DNA from: Candidatus Falkowbacteria bacterium HGW-Falkowbacteria-1
Lineage (GTDB): Bacteria > Patescibacteriota > Patescibacteriia > Patescibacteriales > UBA12465
Direction of reading: 5' to 3'
Assembly: GCA_002840305.1 (NCBI GenBank)
Contig: PHAI01000001.1
Coordinates: forward strand, 29,734-93,733
Length of the DNA: 64,000 bases
Positions 36,116-45,859 of the stretch are shown in pieces. Within the stretch, counting starts at the first letter, position 1. Every line of letters starts with the position of its first letter. The translations under genes and the position numbers were made by a program. Under the pieces are notes generated by a model that made no database searches, was not told the DNA's origin, and was given only the letters and a program-made list of their open reading frames with translations.

Positions 36116-38647
36116 ATGGATATTTTAAAACAATCGAATCGTGACATTACTGATATTTTGGGTGACTTGAAAAGTGATTCGGATAAAGGTTTGGATCAAT
36201 TAGATGCGGAAAAAAGACTGGAAGAAAATGGTTTGAATAAAATTGAAGAGAAAAACTCAAAAGCTCTTAAAATATTTTTGGGACAATTTAAGTCGCCTTT
36301 CGTTTATCTTTTAATTGCCGCATCTATCTTGTCATTTTTTTTAGGACAAATTATTGAAGGAGCAATGATTTTGCTTTTTATAGTTATAAATACTTCTTTG
36401 GGTTTTTTCCAAGAATATAAATCGGAAAATACAATAAAATTGTTAAAGAATTACATTAGTTTTAAGACAAAAGTAATTAGGGGCGGTAAGGAGAGATTGA
36501 TTGATAGCGAAAGCTTAGTGGTTGGCGATATTGTTATTTTAGAAACAGGGGATAAAATAAATGCCGATTTAAGAATAATAGAGGCTTATGATTTGTTTGT
36601 TGATGAATCGGTTTTGACCGGGGAGTCATTGTTGGTCTCCAAACAAGGAGAAATAATGACTGAAAAACCAGAAAATTATTTCTCAGCCTCTAATATTTGT
36701 TTTTCGGGGACATCGGTGGCCAAAGGAAAGGCTAAGGGAGTTATTTTAGCTATTGGCAAGACAACTTTCTTAGGAAGTGTCTCAAGACTAACATCTCAAG
36801 TTAAAAGGGTTAGCGAGTTTGAGAAAGGAATATCAAAATTTAGTTCATTCATTTTAAAATTAGTTTTAATTACCTTGGTTTTTGTTTTTATAGCTAATTC
36901 TTTTTTGAAAGGAGGAAATAACTTTTGGGAATTATTAATATTTTCTATTGCTCTGGCCATCTCGGTTATTCCTGAGGCACTGCCGTTGGTGATGACGTTT
37001 TCTTTTTCTAATGGGGCAATGAATTTAGCTAAGCGCAAGGTGGTTGTTAAAAGATTATCGTCCGTTGAGGATTTGGGAAATATTGACATTCTATGTTCAG
37101 ACAAGACTGGTACCTTAACCGAAAACAAGCTTACGGTTTTGGATTTTTATAATTCTACGTCTTCTGTTAAAAATATTTTGCTTTACGCCAATTTAGCATC
37201 TTCACAATCTGGCGACAGGAGTGAACCGTTTGATATTGCCCTGTTTAACAAGCTGGACGAAGATGATAAAGAATTGCTCGCAGAGTTTGATTTTATGTTT
37301 AGTACGCCTTTTGACCCGGCTAGACAAAGAAACAATGTTTTAGTTCAAAAAAATAAAAAGTTAGATTTTATAGTTAGAGGAGCCGCTGAGGCGATTTTTG
37401 GTTTATGTTTGAATATTGATAACAAAAAAATAGATGACATGAGAGCTTGGATAAAGGAGCAGGGCTTGTTGGGCAGGAGAGTTTTGGCGGTTGCCAAGAA
37501 GACAGTAAAGGAAATTGAATTAGACATTTTAAAAAACAATTTAATTGAAGAAGAAAACAACTTAGATTTTTTGGGCTTAATTGCTTTTGCTGACCCTATA
37601 AAGGAGGGCGTTAAAAAGGCTGTTATCGATGCCAGAAAATTGGGGGTTGATTTGAGAATAATAACCGGCGATAGTTTGGAGGTGGCAGGAGCCGTGGCCT
37701 ATCAAATTGGTTTAATAAGTGATCCGTATCAAGTTATTTTAGCCGGAGATCTAGATAAGATGTCGGAAGAGGATAAAAAAAATGCTATAGAGAAATACAA
37801 AGTTTTTGCTAGAGTTTTGCCAGAACAAAAATTTAGTATTATTAAAAATTTGGAGGAAAAATATAGTATTGGTTACTTGGGTGATGGGATAAACGATGCT
37901 CCGGCATTAAAAATTGCTGGAGTTTCTATTGTTGTCTCCAATGCCTCTGACATCGCCAGAGAAACCGCGGATATAGTTTTGTTAGAAAGTGATCTAAATG
38001 TAATCATTGAGGGAATACGAGAAGGTAGAAGAATTTTTGCAAATAGCGCCAAATATATCAAAGCGACTTTGGCGTCTAATTTTGGTAATTTTTATGCAGT
38101 AGCTATTGCCTCCTTGCTTATTGATTTTTTACCGATGCTACCGCTTCAAATACTTTTGCTTAACTTGTTGTCTGATTTTCCCATGATTGCAGTTGCCACC
38201 GACAATGTTGATTCCGAGGAATTGGTTTCTCCAAAAAAATATCAGGTAAAAGATATAATAATTGTGGCCATGATCTTGGGGGTAGTAAGTTCTATTTTTG
38301 ACTTTATGTTTTTTGCTATGTTTTTTTCTATTTCCCCGGGAGTTTTACAGACTAATTGGTTTATTGCCAGCATCTTGACTGAACTAGCTTTCTTGTTTTC
38401 AATTAGAACTAAAAAGCCGATATTTAAAGCGAAAAGACCTTCCAATTTAATTATTTTATTAACCGGCTTGGCCTCTATCGTGACCGTAATAATTCCATTT
38501 ACTTCTTGGGGCCAAGCATTGTTTGGCTTTGTTAGACCTAGCTGGTGGCATTTATTTTTAATTTTTGTGGTGGCTATTTTGTATTTGGTTTGTTCAGAGA
38601 TAGTTAAATTGGCTTATTATAAGAATCAAGAAAAAAAATTAGTTTAG
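36116..38647 (+). CDS. Cation-transporting P-type ATPase (P2/P3-like)
   Basis: LTGES, phosphorylation site CSDKTGTLT, TM4 PEALP, hinge GDGINDAPALK. 843 aa. Confidence 0.85.
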   Translation: MDILKQSNRDITDILGDLKSDSDKGLDQLDAEKRLEENGLNKIEEKNSKALKIFLGQFKSPFVYLLIAASILSFFLGQIIEGAMILLFIVINTSLGFFQEYKSENTIKLLKNYISFKTKVIRGGKERLIDSESLVVGDIVILETGDKINADLRIIEAYDLFVDESVLTGESLLVSKQGEIMTEKPENYFSASNICFSGTSVAKGKAKGVILAIGKTTFLGSVSRLTSQVKRVSEFEKGISKFSSFILKLVLITLVFVFIANSFLKGGNNFWELLIFSIALAISVIPEALPLVMTFSFSNGAMNLAKRKVVVKRLSSVEDLGNIDILCSDKTGTLTENKLTVLDFYNSTSSVKNILLYANLASSQSGDRSEPFDIALFNKLDEDDKELLAEFDFMFSTPFDPARQRNNVLVQKNKKLDFIVRGAAEAIFGLCLNIDNKKIDDMRAWIKEQGLLGRRVLAVAKKTVKEIELDILKNNLIEEENNLDFLGLIAFADPIKEGVKKAVIDARKLGVDLRIITGDSLEVAGAVAYQIGLISDPYQVILAGDLDKMSEEDKKNAIEKYKVFARVLPEQKFSIIKNLEEKYSIGYLGDGINDAPALKIAGVSIVVSNASDIARETADIVLLESDLNVIIEGIREGRRIFANSAKYIKATLASNFGNFYAVAIASLLIDFLPMLPLQILLLNLLSDFPMIAVATDNVDSEELVSPKKYQVKDIIIVAMILGVVSSIFDFMFFAMFFSISPGVLQTNWFIASILTELAFLFSIRTKKPIFKAKRPSNLIILLTGLASIVTVIIPFTSWGQALFGFVRPSWWHLFLIFVVAILYLVCSEIVKLAYYKNQEKKLV

Positions 38648-38700
38648 ACCTTGGTTTAAAAATTTAAACTATTGATTAATGGGGGGCTGCGGTATAATAA

Positions 38701-38737
38701 TAGTAGGATTCTTGGGATTTTTAGGATTTCTTATTTC
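38701..38737 (-). repeat. 9-nt phased motif array, reverse orientation
   Basis: The reverse complement reads gaaataaga|aatcctaaa|aatcccaag|aatcctact. Confidence 0.65.
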
Positions 38738-38927
38738 TTTGTCACCTCGACCGAATGAGAAGCGAAGCTACGTATCACCTTTGTCACCTCGACCGAATGA
38801 GAAGCGAAGCGACGAATGAGTGGAGAGGCCTAAAACAACAGAAAACAGATCTCTCCATTCTCAAATCGCTTTGCGATTTGTTCAGTCGAGATGACAAAAA
38901 AGAAAAACTCAGTCGAGACGACAAATG
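38737..38927. repeat. Composite of four REP-like units (two reverse, two forward) forming a large inverted repeat upstream of a pilin gene
   Basis: B1 38737-38769 and B2 38778-38830 (TTTGTCACCTCGACCGAATGAG...GAGTGGAGAGGCCT). B3 38847-38897 (AGATCTCTCC...CAGTCGAGATGACAAA, with inner hairpin CAAATCGC-ttt-GCGATTTG). B4 is partial at 38907-38927. Confidence 0.8.
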
Positions 38928-38961
38928 AGTATAAATATTTAAATAATTAAAACATAATATT

Positions 38962-40134
38962 ATGTTGAAAAGAAAATTTAAAAACAAAAAAGCCTTGTCA
39001 CGTGGACGCGAAGCGTTTTTACGTGGCTTCACCCTCATAGAACTTCTAGTAGTAATAGCTATCATTGGCATACTTGCCACTCTAGCAGTTGTAGCCCTTC
39101 AACAAGCCAGACAAAGTGCTAGGGACTCCAAGAGAGTGGCTGACATGAAACAAGCCTCTACCGCCTTAGAACTATTCTTTAATGAAAACGGTAGATACCC
39201 CACCACAGATGAATGGAACAGCGGTTCCATTACCTCTTCTACTACCGGAGAAATATTTATGTACAATATTCCTACTGCCCCATCTCCAGCTGATGGCGAT
39301 TGTCTAGAAGCTTCTAATACTTATGCTTATATACCTCAAAATAGTGGGGCTAGTTATACTATAGATTTCTGTACAGGCAAACAAATATCAGACATGCCAG
39401 AAGGAGTGAAACAAATGACCCCGGGAGGAATAATCATGGGAAGTAGTGAGTCGAGCGGTGAAGGAGAAACCGAACCAGCTAGTATTGTTTTTGGTTTTAT
39501 TTATAACTGGTATGCGGTTAACGATGGAAGAGATATTGCTAATGATGAGTGGTTTGTGCCAGATGATTCTCAGTGGAATATTTTAATAAATTATTTGGGT
39601 GGCACCAGCGTAGCCGGGTCAAAGATGAAAGAATCAGGAGTCACATACTGGAAAGACCCAAATACTGGAACTAACGATTTCAACTTTAATGCTAGGGGCG
39701 GTGATGCTCGTGGTTTAAATGGTTACTTTCAATTAGCGGAGAATCAATATGGTCAACTTTGGAGCAAAAGCTCAACGCGATATCTTTCTTTGTATTACGA
39801 GGAAGATTCAGCTGGTGTTTACTCGGACTCTCCTAAGTGGGGTTATTATGTTCGTCTTTTTCGTGACGCCAGCATTGATGAACAAAACAATTTAAGCGAC
39901 GGAGAAAGTGCTGAGGCGTATATTGGTAATGATGGGAAGGTTTATAGAACAGTAAAGATAGGAGATCAGATTTGGTTAGCCGATAATCTTGCCGAAACAA
40001 AGTATTCAAATGGTGACTGGATTCCAGGATTTGACGATGGTTCATATACTGCGATATCTATTTCTAGTTGGGCAAACCTAACCACTGGTGCATTATGTGC
40101 CTACGACGACGATCTTTCCTACGTAATGGAGTAA
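38962..40134 (+). CDS. Prepilin-type protein fused to a FISUMP-like (Fibrobacter succinogenes major paralogous) domain in permuted order
   Basis: ...LRG followed by [24 protein letters not shown]. The pilin head is ~85% identical to that of 4953..6464. Then [10 protein letters not shown]...EWFVP...AGSKMK...[10 protein letters not shown], followed by [20 protein letters not shown]...GALCAYDDD. Confidence 0.8.
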   Translation: MLKRKFKNKKALSRGREAFLRGFTLIELLVVIAIIGILATLAVVALQQARQSARDSKRVADMKQASTALELFFNENGRYPTTDEWNSGSITSSTTGEIFMYNIPTAPSPADGDCLEASNTYAYIPQNSGASYTIDFCTGKQISDMPEGVKQMTPGGIIMGSSESSGEGETEPASIVFGFIYNWYAVNDGRDIANDEWFVPDDSQWNILINYLGGTSVAGSKMKESGVTYWKDPNTGTNDFNFNARGGDARGLNGYFQLAENQYGQLWSKSSTRYLSLYYEEDSAGVYSDSPKWGYYVRLFRDASIDEQNNLSDGESAEAYIGNDGKVYRTVKIGDQIWLADNLAETKYSNGDWIPGFDDGSYTAISISSWANLTTGALCAYDDDLSYVME

Positions 40135-40166
40135 TCGACTTATATATAGGGGCAAATTTAATCTAG

Positions 40167-40192
40167 AGAGCTTATAAATTTAAGCTCTTTTT
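40167..40192 (+). terminator. Rho-independent terminator
   Basis: AGAGCTTA-taaatt-TAAGCTCT followed by TTTT. Confidence 0.7.
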
Positions 40193-40246
40193 GATTAGTT
40201 GTTTTTGTTTTATTTCTATAATATAATTACTATATAATTATATTAT

Positions 40247-41425
40247 ATGAATATTCCCTTAGCTTTTCAACTTCGTCCACAAAATTTAAAAGAATTTTTT
40301 GGTCAAGAAAAAATAGTTGGACCAAATACTTGGTTGAGGTCGGTGATTGAAAAAGATCAACTGGCTTCTTTGGTTTTTTGGGGCCCGCCAGGCACGGGCA
40401 AGACCACTTTGGCTTTTATTATATCAAAAGAGGCTAAAGCTGATTTTGTGTCATTGTCGGCTGTCTCTAGCGGAATAAAAGATTTAAAGGAAATCGTTAT
40501 TAGAGCTGGGGAAAATAGAAGGTTTAATAAAAAAACCATTTTATTTATTGATGAAATTCATCGTTGGAATAAAGCTCAACAAGACGCTCTTTTACCTCAC
40601 ATTGAAAATGGGCTTTTGGTTTTAATTGGGGCTACCACTGAAAATCCTAGTTTCTCTGTTAATTCTTCTTTGCTTTCAAGATTAAAAGTTTTAATTTTAG
40701 AATCTTTGTCAGATAATGATTTGATAAATATTATTAAAAGAGCCGAAAAAAATACTGGTTTAAAAATGGGGCAAAAAGAGAGAAAATTAATAGCCAGCTT
40801 GAGCGGTGGTGATGCTAGAAGGGCTTTAAATATAGTTGAATCTATTCTAGAATCAAATGAAACCCCAAATTTGAAGTTAATTAAAGAACTTGCAAATAAA
40901 CCACAACTGCATTATGATAAAGACGGTGAAGAGCATTATAATTTGATATCAGCTTTACATAAATCTTTGCGCGGAAGCGATGCAAAAGCCGCTCTTTATT
41001 GGATAATAAGGATGTTGGAGTCAGGCGAAGATCCTTTGTATGTAGCCAGAAGATTAATCCGTTTTGCCAGCGAAGACATTGGCTTGGCTAATAACAGCGC
41101 TTTGATGATTGCCAACCAAGCGTATGAGGCTTGTGCCAAGATTGGTTGGCCGGAGTGTAGTTTATCTTTGGTACAAGCGACTATTTATTTGGCTAAATCA
41201 AAAAAGAGCATCGCCGTTTATAAGGCCTATAATTTAGGGATGGATGAAATAAGTCAAAGTGGTTCCTTGCCTGTTCCGATACATTTGAGAAATGCTCCAA
41301 CCAAGTTTATGAAGGATATTGGTTATGGAAAAGATTATAAATACACCCCAGAAGAAGATGATACCGGCCAAAATTACTTGCCAGATGGTTTAAAAAATCA
41401 AAAGTTTAAAAAACTAGTTCTATAA
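40247..41425 (+). CDS. rarA: Replication-associated recombination protein A (AAA+ ATPase)
   Basis: GPPGTGKTT, FIDEIHRWNKAQQD, and an MgsA-type C-terminal domain (ALYWIIRMLESGEDPLYVARRL). Confidence 0.9.
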   Translation: MNIPLAFQLRPQNLKEFFGQEKIVGPNTWLRSVIEKDQLASLVFWGPPGTGKTTLAFIISKEAKADFVSLSAVSSGIKDLKEIVIRAGENRRFNKKTILFIDEIHRWNKAQQDALLPHIENGLLVLIGATTENPSFSVNSSLLSRLKVLILESLSDNDLINIIKRAEKNTGLKMGQKERKLIASLSGGDARRALNIVESILESNETPNLKLIKELANKPQLHYDKDGEEHYNLISALHKSLRGSDAKAALYWIIRMLESGEDPLYVARRLIRFASEDIGLANNSALMIANQAYEACAKIGWPECSLSLVQATIYLAKSKKSIAVYKAYNLGMDEISQSGSLPVPIHLRNAPTKFMKDIGYGKDYKYTPEEDDTGQNYLPDGLKNQKFKKLVL

Positions 41426-41555
41426 ACTTCAAATATCTATCGTTTAGTTTAAGTGATCACGAATTTTTTGTTTCTTCTTGCAAATATGTTAGAATTTAAT
41501 TATTATAAAAAGTAATTTTTTATCATTCCCGCTTGCCTATTTTTAAAGGTAAAAC

Positions 41556-42797
41556 ATGGGTAATTTCTATATTTTTATGGATCCGAATTTTTTAATTTTA
41601 ATAGTACTTATAATTTTATCGGCTTTTTTTTCATCGGCTGAAGTTACCTTTTTGAGTTTGAACGACGCCAAGATAACGGCCATGATTGCGGCTAAAAAGA
41701 AAAATTCTTTGTTGGTTAAGCAGTTGAAAAGCAATCCTAGGTCTCTTTTGATAAGCATTTTAATTGGTAACAACATAGTTAATATTGCCGCAGCTTCTTT
41801 GGCTACCGTAACTTTTGCCGAATATTTTGATTCCGCAGTTATTGGTCTGACAACAGGAATAATGACCATTGTCATTCTTATTTTTGGAGAAATAGTGCCA
41901 AAATCTTTTGCATCTTCTCATGCTGTTTTATTGTCTCGTTATTTCGCCCCTATTTTGTTCTTTTTTAAAAAAATATTTTTGCCAATTATTTGGACTATGG
42001 AGAAGCTAACCAATTTGTTAGTTGGCAACCATAAATCTGAAAAAATCAGCGAAGAAGAGTTGAGAGCCCTGGCCATGGTCGGCGTTGAACAAGGGACTAT
42101 TGAAAAAAATGAGGGGGCAATGATAGAAAAACTTTTTAAATTTAATGATATTTCAGCTGAGGATATTATGACTCCTAGGGTAGAATTGGTTTATGCTCTA
42201 GATACTAGTTCCATGGAAGAAATTGCCATTGAGATAGAAAAACACGGGATAACTAGATGTTTGGTGGTGAAAGAAACGACGGATAATGTCTTGGGATTTA
42301 TTCATGCCCAAGATGTTCTGTTGGCCTTTAGGAATGGAAAAGAAAAAGAAGCCATAACATCTTTGATTAGACCGATTGTCTTTGTTCCCAAACAGATGTT
42401 AATCAATAATATTTTAAAAGAATTTCAAAGAAGGAAAATTCATATTGCTGTCGTGCTTGATGAATATGGAGGAACTGATGGTATTATAACTCTTGAAGAT
42501 ATCATTGAAGAGCTGGTGGGAGAAATTGTTGATGAGCATGATATTGATGACGATTTTATCAAGAGAATTGGCAAAAACGAAATTATAGTTTCCGGAAACG
42601 TTGAATGTCGGGATGTAAATCGTTTTTTAAACATTAGATTGTCTGATGACGATCTAGACACAGTGGCTGATTTTATATTAGAAACAATTAAAAGAATACC
42701 GACCGAAGGAACCACGATTGATAAGGATAATTTTTCTTGTTCAGTTGAAAAAATTGAAAATAAGGTAATTAAAACGGTTAGAATTATCAAAAATTAA
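41556..42797 (+). CDS. CNNM/CorC-type transporter (DUF21 + CBS pair + CorC_HlyC)
   Basis: N-terminal 4-TM DUF21 (SAFFSSAEVTFLSL), a CBS pair, and C-terminal transporter-associated domain. The start may be the internal MDPNF. Confidence 0.8.
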   Translation: MGNFYIFMDPNFLILIVLIILSAFFSSAEVTFLSLNDAKITAMIAAKKKNSLLVKQLKSNPRSLLISILIGNNIVNIAAASLATVTFAEYFDSAVIGLTTGIMTIVILIFGEIVPKSFASSHAVLLSRYFAPILFFFKKIFLPIIWTMEKLTNLLVGNHKSEKISEEELRALAMVGVEQGTIEKNEGAMIEKLFKFNDISAEDIMTPRVELVYALDTSSMEEIAIEIEKHGITRCLVVKETTDNVLGFIHAQDVLLAFRNGKEKEAITSLIRPIVFVPKQMLINNILKEFQRRKIHIAVVLDEYGGTDGIITLEDIIEELVGEIVDEHDIDDDFIKRIGKNEIIVSGNVECRDVNRFLNIRLSDDDLDTVADFILETIKRIPTEGTTIDKDNFSCSVEKIENKVIKTVRIIKN

Positions 42798-42808
42798 ATA
42801 ATAAAAAT

Positions 42809-45733
42809 ATGTTAGATAATGACAAAAAAATAAAAACAGAAGAAAAAGTTTTAGATTTTTGGCAAAAAAATGAAATATTTGAAAAAACTATTAACAAAGA
42901 ATCCGTAAAAGGAGAATATGTTTTTTATGATGGACCACCTTTCGCTACCGGGACCCCTCATTATGGGCATATTGTTGGACAGATAATGAAAGATGTTGTC
43001 CCTAGGTTTTTTACTATGAACGGTTACAGAGTTGAAAGAAAATGGGGATGGGATTGTCATGGTCTTCCAATCGAGAACATAGTAGAGAAAGAAATGGGGA
43101 CAAAAAGCAAAAAAGAAATTGAAGAAATTGGGGTTGAAAAATTTAACACAAGTTGTCGATCAAAAGTTTTGGAATATGCAGGCGAATGGTACAAAGCCTC
43201 TGACAAACTAGGCAGATTTGTTGATAAAAAAAATGCTTATAGCACAATGGATCTCAATTACATGGAGTCAGTATGGTGGGTTTTTAAGGAATTATGGAAT
43301 AAGGATTTAATTTACAAAGATTATCGCTCTATGCACGTTTGTCCTCGTTGTGAAACCACTTTATCTCAATCAGAAGTAACCGAAGGATATCAAAATATAA
43401 AAGATTTGTCTTGCGTAGCCAAATTTAAATTATTGGAAGAAGAAAATACTTTTGTTTTAGCCTGGACTACTACACCATGGACTTTAATAGGAAATGTTGC
43501 CTTGGCGGTTGGAGAGGGGATTGATTATGTTAAAATTTCCCATCAGAAAGAAGATGGAAATTATGAATATTATATTTTAGCCAAAGATCGATTAGCTGAT
43601 GTTTTGAAGGATAAAAATTATGAAGTAATAAAAGAATTTAAAGGCGCTAGTTTGATTGCAAAAAAGTATCAGACTCTTTTTGATTATTATGTTAATGATG
43701 AAAAGCTACAAAATAAAGACAATGCCTGGAAAATATATTCTGCCGAATTTGTTAACACTGAAGATGGGACGGGTATTGTTCACATAGCACCGGCCTTTGG
43801 TCAAGACGACATGAATTTGGGCAAGGAAAATAATCTTCCATTTATTCAACATGTTAATATGGATGGACATTTTAAGGATGAGGTTAAAGATTTCGTAGGA
43901 TTAAATGTTAAACCGGTTGAGGATCATATGTCCACTGATATTGAAATTATAAAGTATTTGGCTGCTAGAGGTCTTCTCTTTTCTAAGGAAAAATATGAAC
44001 ATAGCTATCCTCATTGTTGGCGCTGCGACACGCCTCTTATTAATTATGCTACCTCTTCTTGGTTTGTAAGTGTTACAAAGATAAAAGAAAAATTGTTAGA
44101 AGAGGCAAAAAATATAAATTGGTCGCCGGACTACTTAAAAGAAGGCCGTTTTGGTAACTGGTTAGAAGGAGCTAGGGACTGGTCAATCTCTCGTCAAAGA
44201 TTTTGGGCTAGCCCTATTCCAATCTGGGAATGTGCTTGTGGGGAAAGAAAAGTTGTAGGTTCGGTTTCGGAATTAGAAGAATTAAGTGGGGAGAAAATAA
44301 AGGATATTCATAAAGATAAAGTTGATGCCGTTTCTTTTGGTTGTCCTTCTTGTGGCGGAAAAATGAAAAGAATTCCCGATGTTTTGGATTGTTGGTTTGA
44401 AAGTGGCTCCATGCCTTATGCTCAGCTACATTATCCATTTGAAAACAAAGATAAATTTGAAAAAAATTTTCCAGCTGAATTTATTGCTGAAGGAGTTGAT
44501 CAAACTAGAGCTTGGTTTTATTATTTGCATGTAATAGCCTGTGGTTTATTTGGTAAAAATGCTTTCAAGAATGTCATAGTTAATGGCATCGTCTTAGCTG
44601 AAGATGGTAGAAAAATGAGCAAGAGATTAAAAAATTATCCCGACCCAATGTTAATTGTGGACAAATACGGAGCTGATTCTCTTAGAGCTTATTTATTGTC
44701 ATCTCCGGTTGTTTCTGCTGAAAATCTAAATTTTTCTGAAAAGGGCGTGGAGGAAGCACTTAGAAAAAACATAATGTTAATAAATAATATCTATAATTTT
44801 TATCAAATGTACGCGGAAGATTTAAAGGAATCTGACCTTGATAAATATAAAGAGACAAATAACGTTTTGGATCTTTGGATATTTAAAAAAATAAATATTT
44901 TGATAGAAGAAGTTGGCTCGGCCATGCTATCCTATAATTTGGTTAAAGCGATGAGACCTATTACTGCTTTCATTGATGAGTTTTCCACCTGGTATTTAAG
45001 GAGAAGCAGAGACAGACTCAAGGGAGAGGACCAAAATGATAAGATTTTTGCCTTATCTATGATGCGCTTTGTTTTTCTAAATTTGTCGAAAGTTATAGCC
45101 CCCTTCATGCCTTTTATAGCTGAAGACTTGTGGCAGAAAATTACTGCTAATAATTTTTCTGATAACAACAAAAGTGTTCACTTAGAGTCTTGGCCTAAAA
45201 GTGAAGAAAGAAATGAAGTGGGAGACGTGTTGGAGTTGATGTCCGAGGTTAAAAAAATTGTTGAATTGGGTCTAGCAGAAAGAGACAAGGCCGGAATAAA
45301 AGTGAGGCAAATATTAAATAAAATAACCGTTTTCGGCGCAGAATTAAAAATAAGAGACAAAGAAGAATATCTAGGTCTATTGAAAGATGAATTAAATGTT
45401 AAGGGCGTAGAGATTAATGATGGTGGCGATTTAAAAGTTGAACTAGACATTGAAATAACAGAAGAGTTGAGATTGGAGGGCGTGAAAAGAGATTTAATAA
45501 GATTTATTAATTTAATGAGAAAAGATCTTGATTTATCAATAGGCGACTTGGCTAAAGTTTCTTTAATTTCAGACTCGGCTTTAGTTAAAAGTGCGATATC
45601 AAAATTTAAAGAGGAGATAAAAAAAGAGACACTAAGTTCTGATTTGTCGGAGGGAAACAAAGAGCCCGAGAACTTTTTAATAAAAAAAGAAGTTAAAATT
45701 GAAGAAAGCGAGATGTCAGTTTTTATTTATTGA
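42809..45733 (+). CDS. ileS: Isoleucine--tRNA ligase
   Basis: HIGH region PPFATGTPHYGHIV, KMSKS region KMSKRLKN, editing-domain insert. 974 aa. Confidence 0.9.
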   Translation: MLDNDKKIKTEEKVLDFWQKNEIFEKTINKESVKGEYVFYDGPPFATGTPHYGHIVGQIMKDVVPRFFTMNGYRVERKWGWDCHGLPIENIVEKEMGTKSKKEIEEIGVEKFNTSCRSKVLEYAGEWYKASDKLGRFVDKKNAYSTMDLNYMESVWWVFKELWNKDLIYKDYRSMHVCPRCETTLSQSEVTEGYQNIKDLSCVAKFKLLEEENTFVLAWTTTPWTLIGNVALAVGEGIDYVKISHQKEDGNYEYYILAKDRLADVLKDKNYEVIKEFKGASLIAKKYQTLFDYYVNDEKLQNKDNAWKIYSAEFVNTEDGTGIVHIAPAFGQDDMNLGKENNLPFIQHVNMDGHFKDEVKDFVGLNVKPVEDHMSTDIEIIKYLAARGLLFSKEKYEHSYPHCWRCDTPLINYATSSWFVSVTKIKEKLLEEAKNINWSPDYLKEGRFGNWLEGARDWSISRQRFWASPIPIWECACGERKVVGSVSELEELSGEKIKDIHKDKVDAVSFGCPSCGGKMKRIPDVLDCWFESGSMPYAQLHYPFENKDKFEKNFPAEFIAEGVDQTRAWFYYLHVIACGLFGKNAFKNVIVNGIVLAEDGRKMSKRLKNYPDPMLIVDKYGADSLRAYLLSSPVVSAENLNFSEKGVEEALRKNIMLINNIYNFYQMYAEDLKESDLDKYKETNNVLDLWIFKKINILIEEVGSAMLSYNLVKAMRPITAFIDEFSTWYLRRSRDRLKGEDQNDKIFALSMMRFVFLNLSKVIAPFMPFIAEDLWQKITANNFSDNNKSVHLESWPKSEERNEVGDVLELMSEVKKIVELGLAERDKAGIKVRQILNKITVFGAELKIRDKEEYLGLLKDELNVKGVEINDGGDLKVELDIEITEELRLEGVKRDLIRFINLMRKDLDLSIGDLAKVSLISDSALVKSAISKFKEEIKKETLSSDLSEGNKEPENFLIKKEVKIEESEMSVFIY

Positions 45734-45758
45734 TTTTTATTTAAATTTTTGCTATAAT
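45730..45758 (+). promoter_or_regulatory. Promoter with extended -10 upstream of lemA
   Basis: TTGATT (45730-45735), 17 nt ending in TGC, TATAAT (45753-45758). It leaves a ~95-nt leader. Confidence 0.5.
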
Positions 45759-45859
45759 AGACATGCTCTCTGTTGCTTAAATTATCGCCGAAGTTTAGCT
45801 TTGCGAAACGAAAACGGTAATAGCAATGGGCGGGATTTATAATTAATTTATTCAAAAAT

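Noticed and set aside
38737-38830. Tandem REP-like units here and at 60933-61032, considered as CRISPR repeats.
   Set aside because: There are only two units per locus, the 'spacers' are 8-26 nt, the units occur in both orientations, and no cas genes are present.
38784-39080. Minus-strand 98-aa ORF overlapping the REP composite and the pilin gene start.
   Set aside because: It is made of repeat-element sequence plus the antisense of a well-supported pilin N-terminus. It has no motif and no start context.
45178-45660. 160-aa minus-strand ORF antisense to ileS. Many similar S/L/F/K-rich antisense ORFs were treated the same way, for example 1358..1741, 16512..16895, 22864..23217, 42440..42790 and 52130..52576.
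   Set aside because: These low-complexity products are typical of the antisense of AT-rich K/E-rich genes. Each is fully contained in a gene with strong family motifs.
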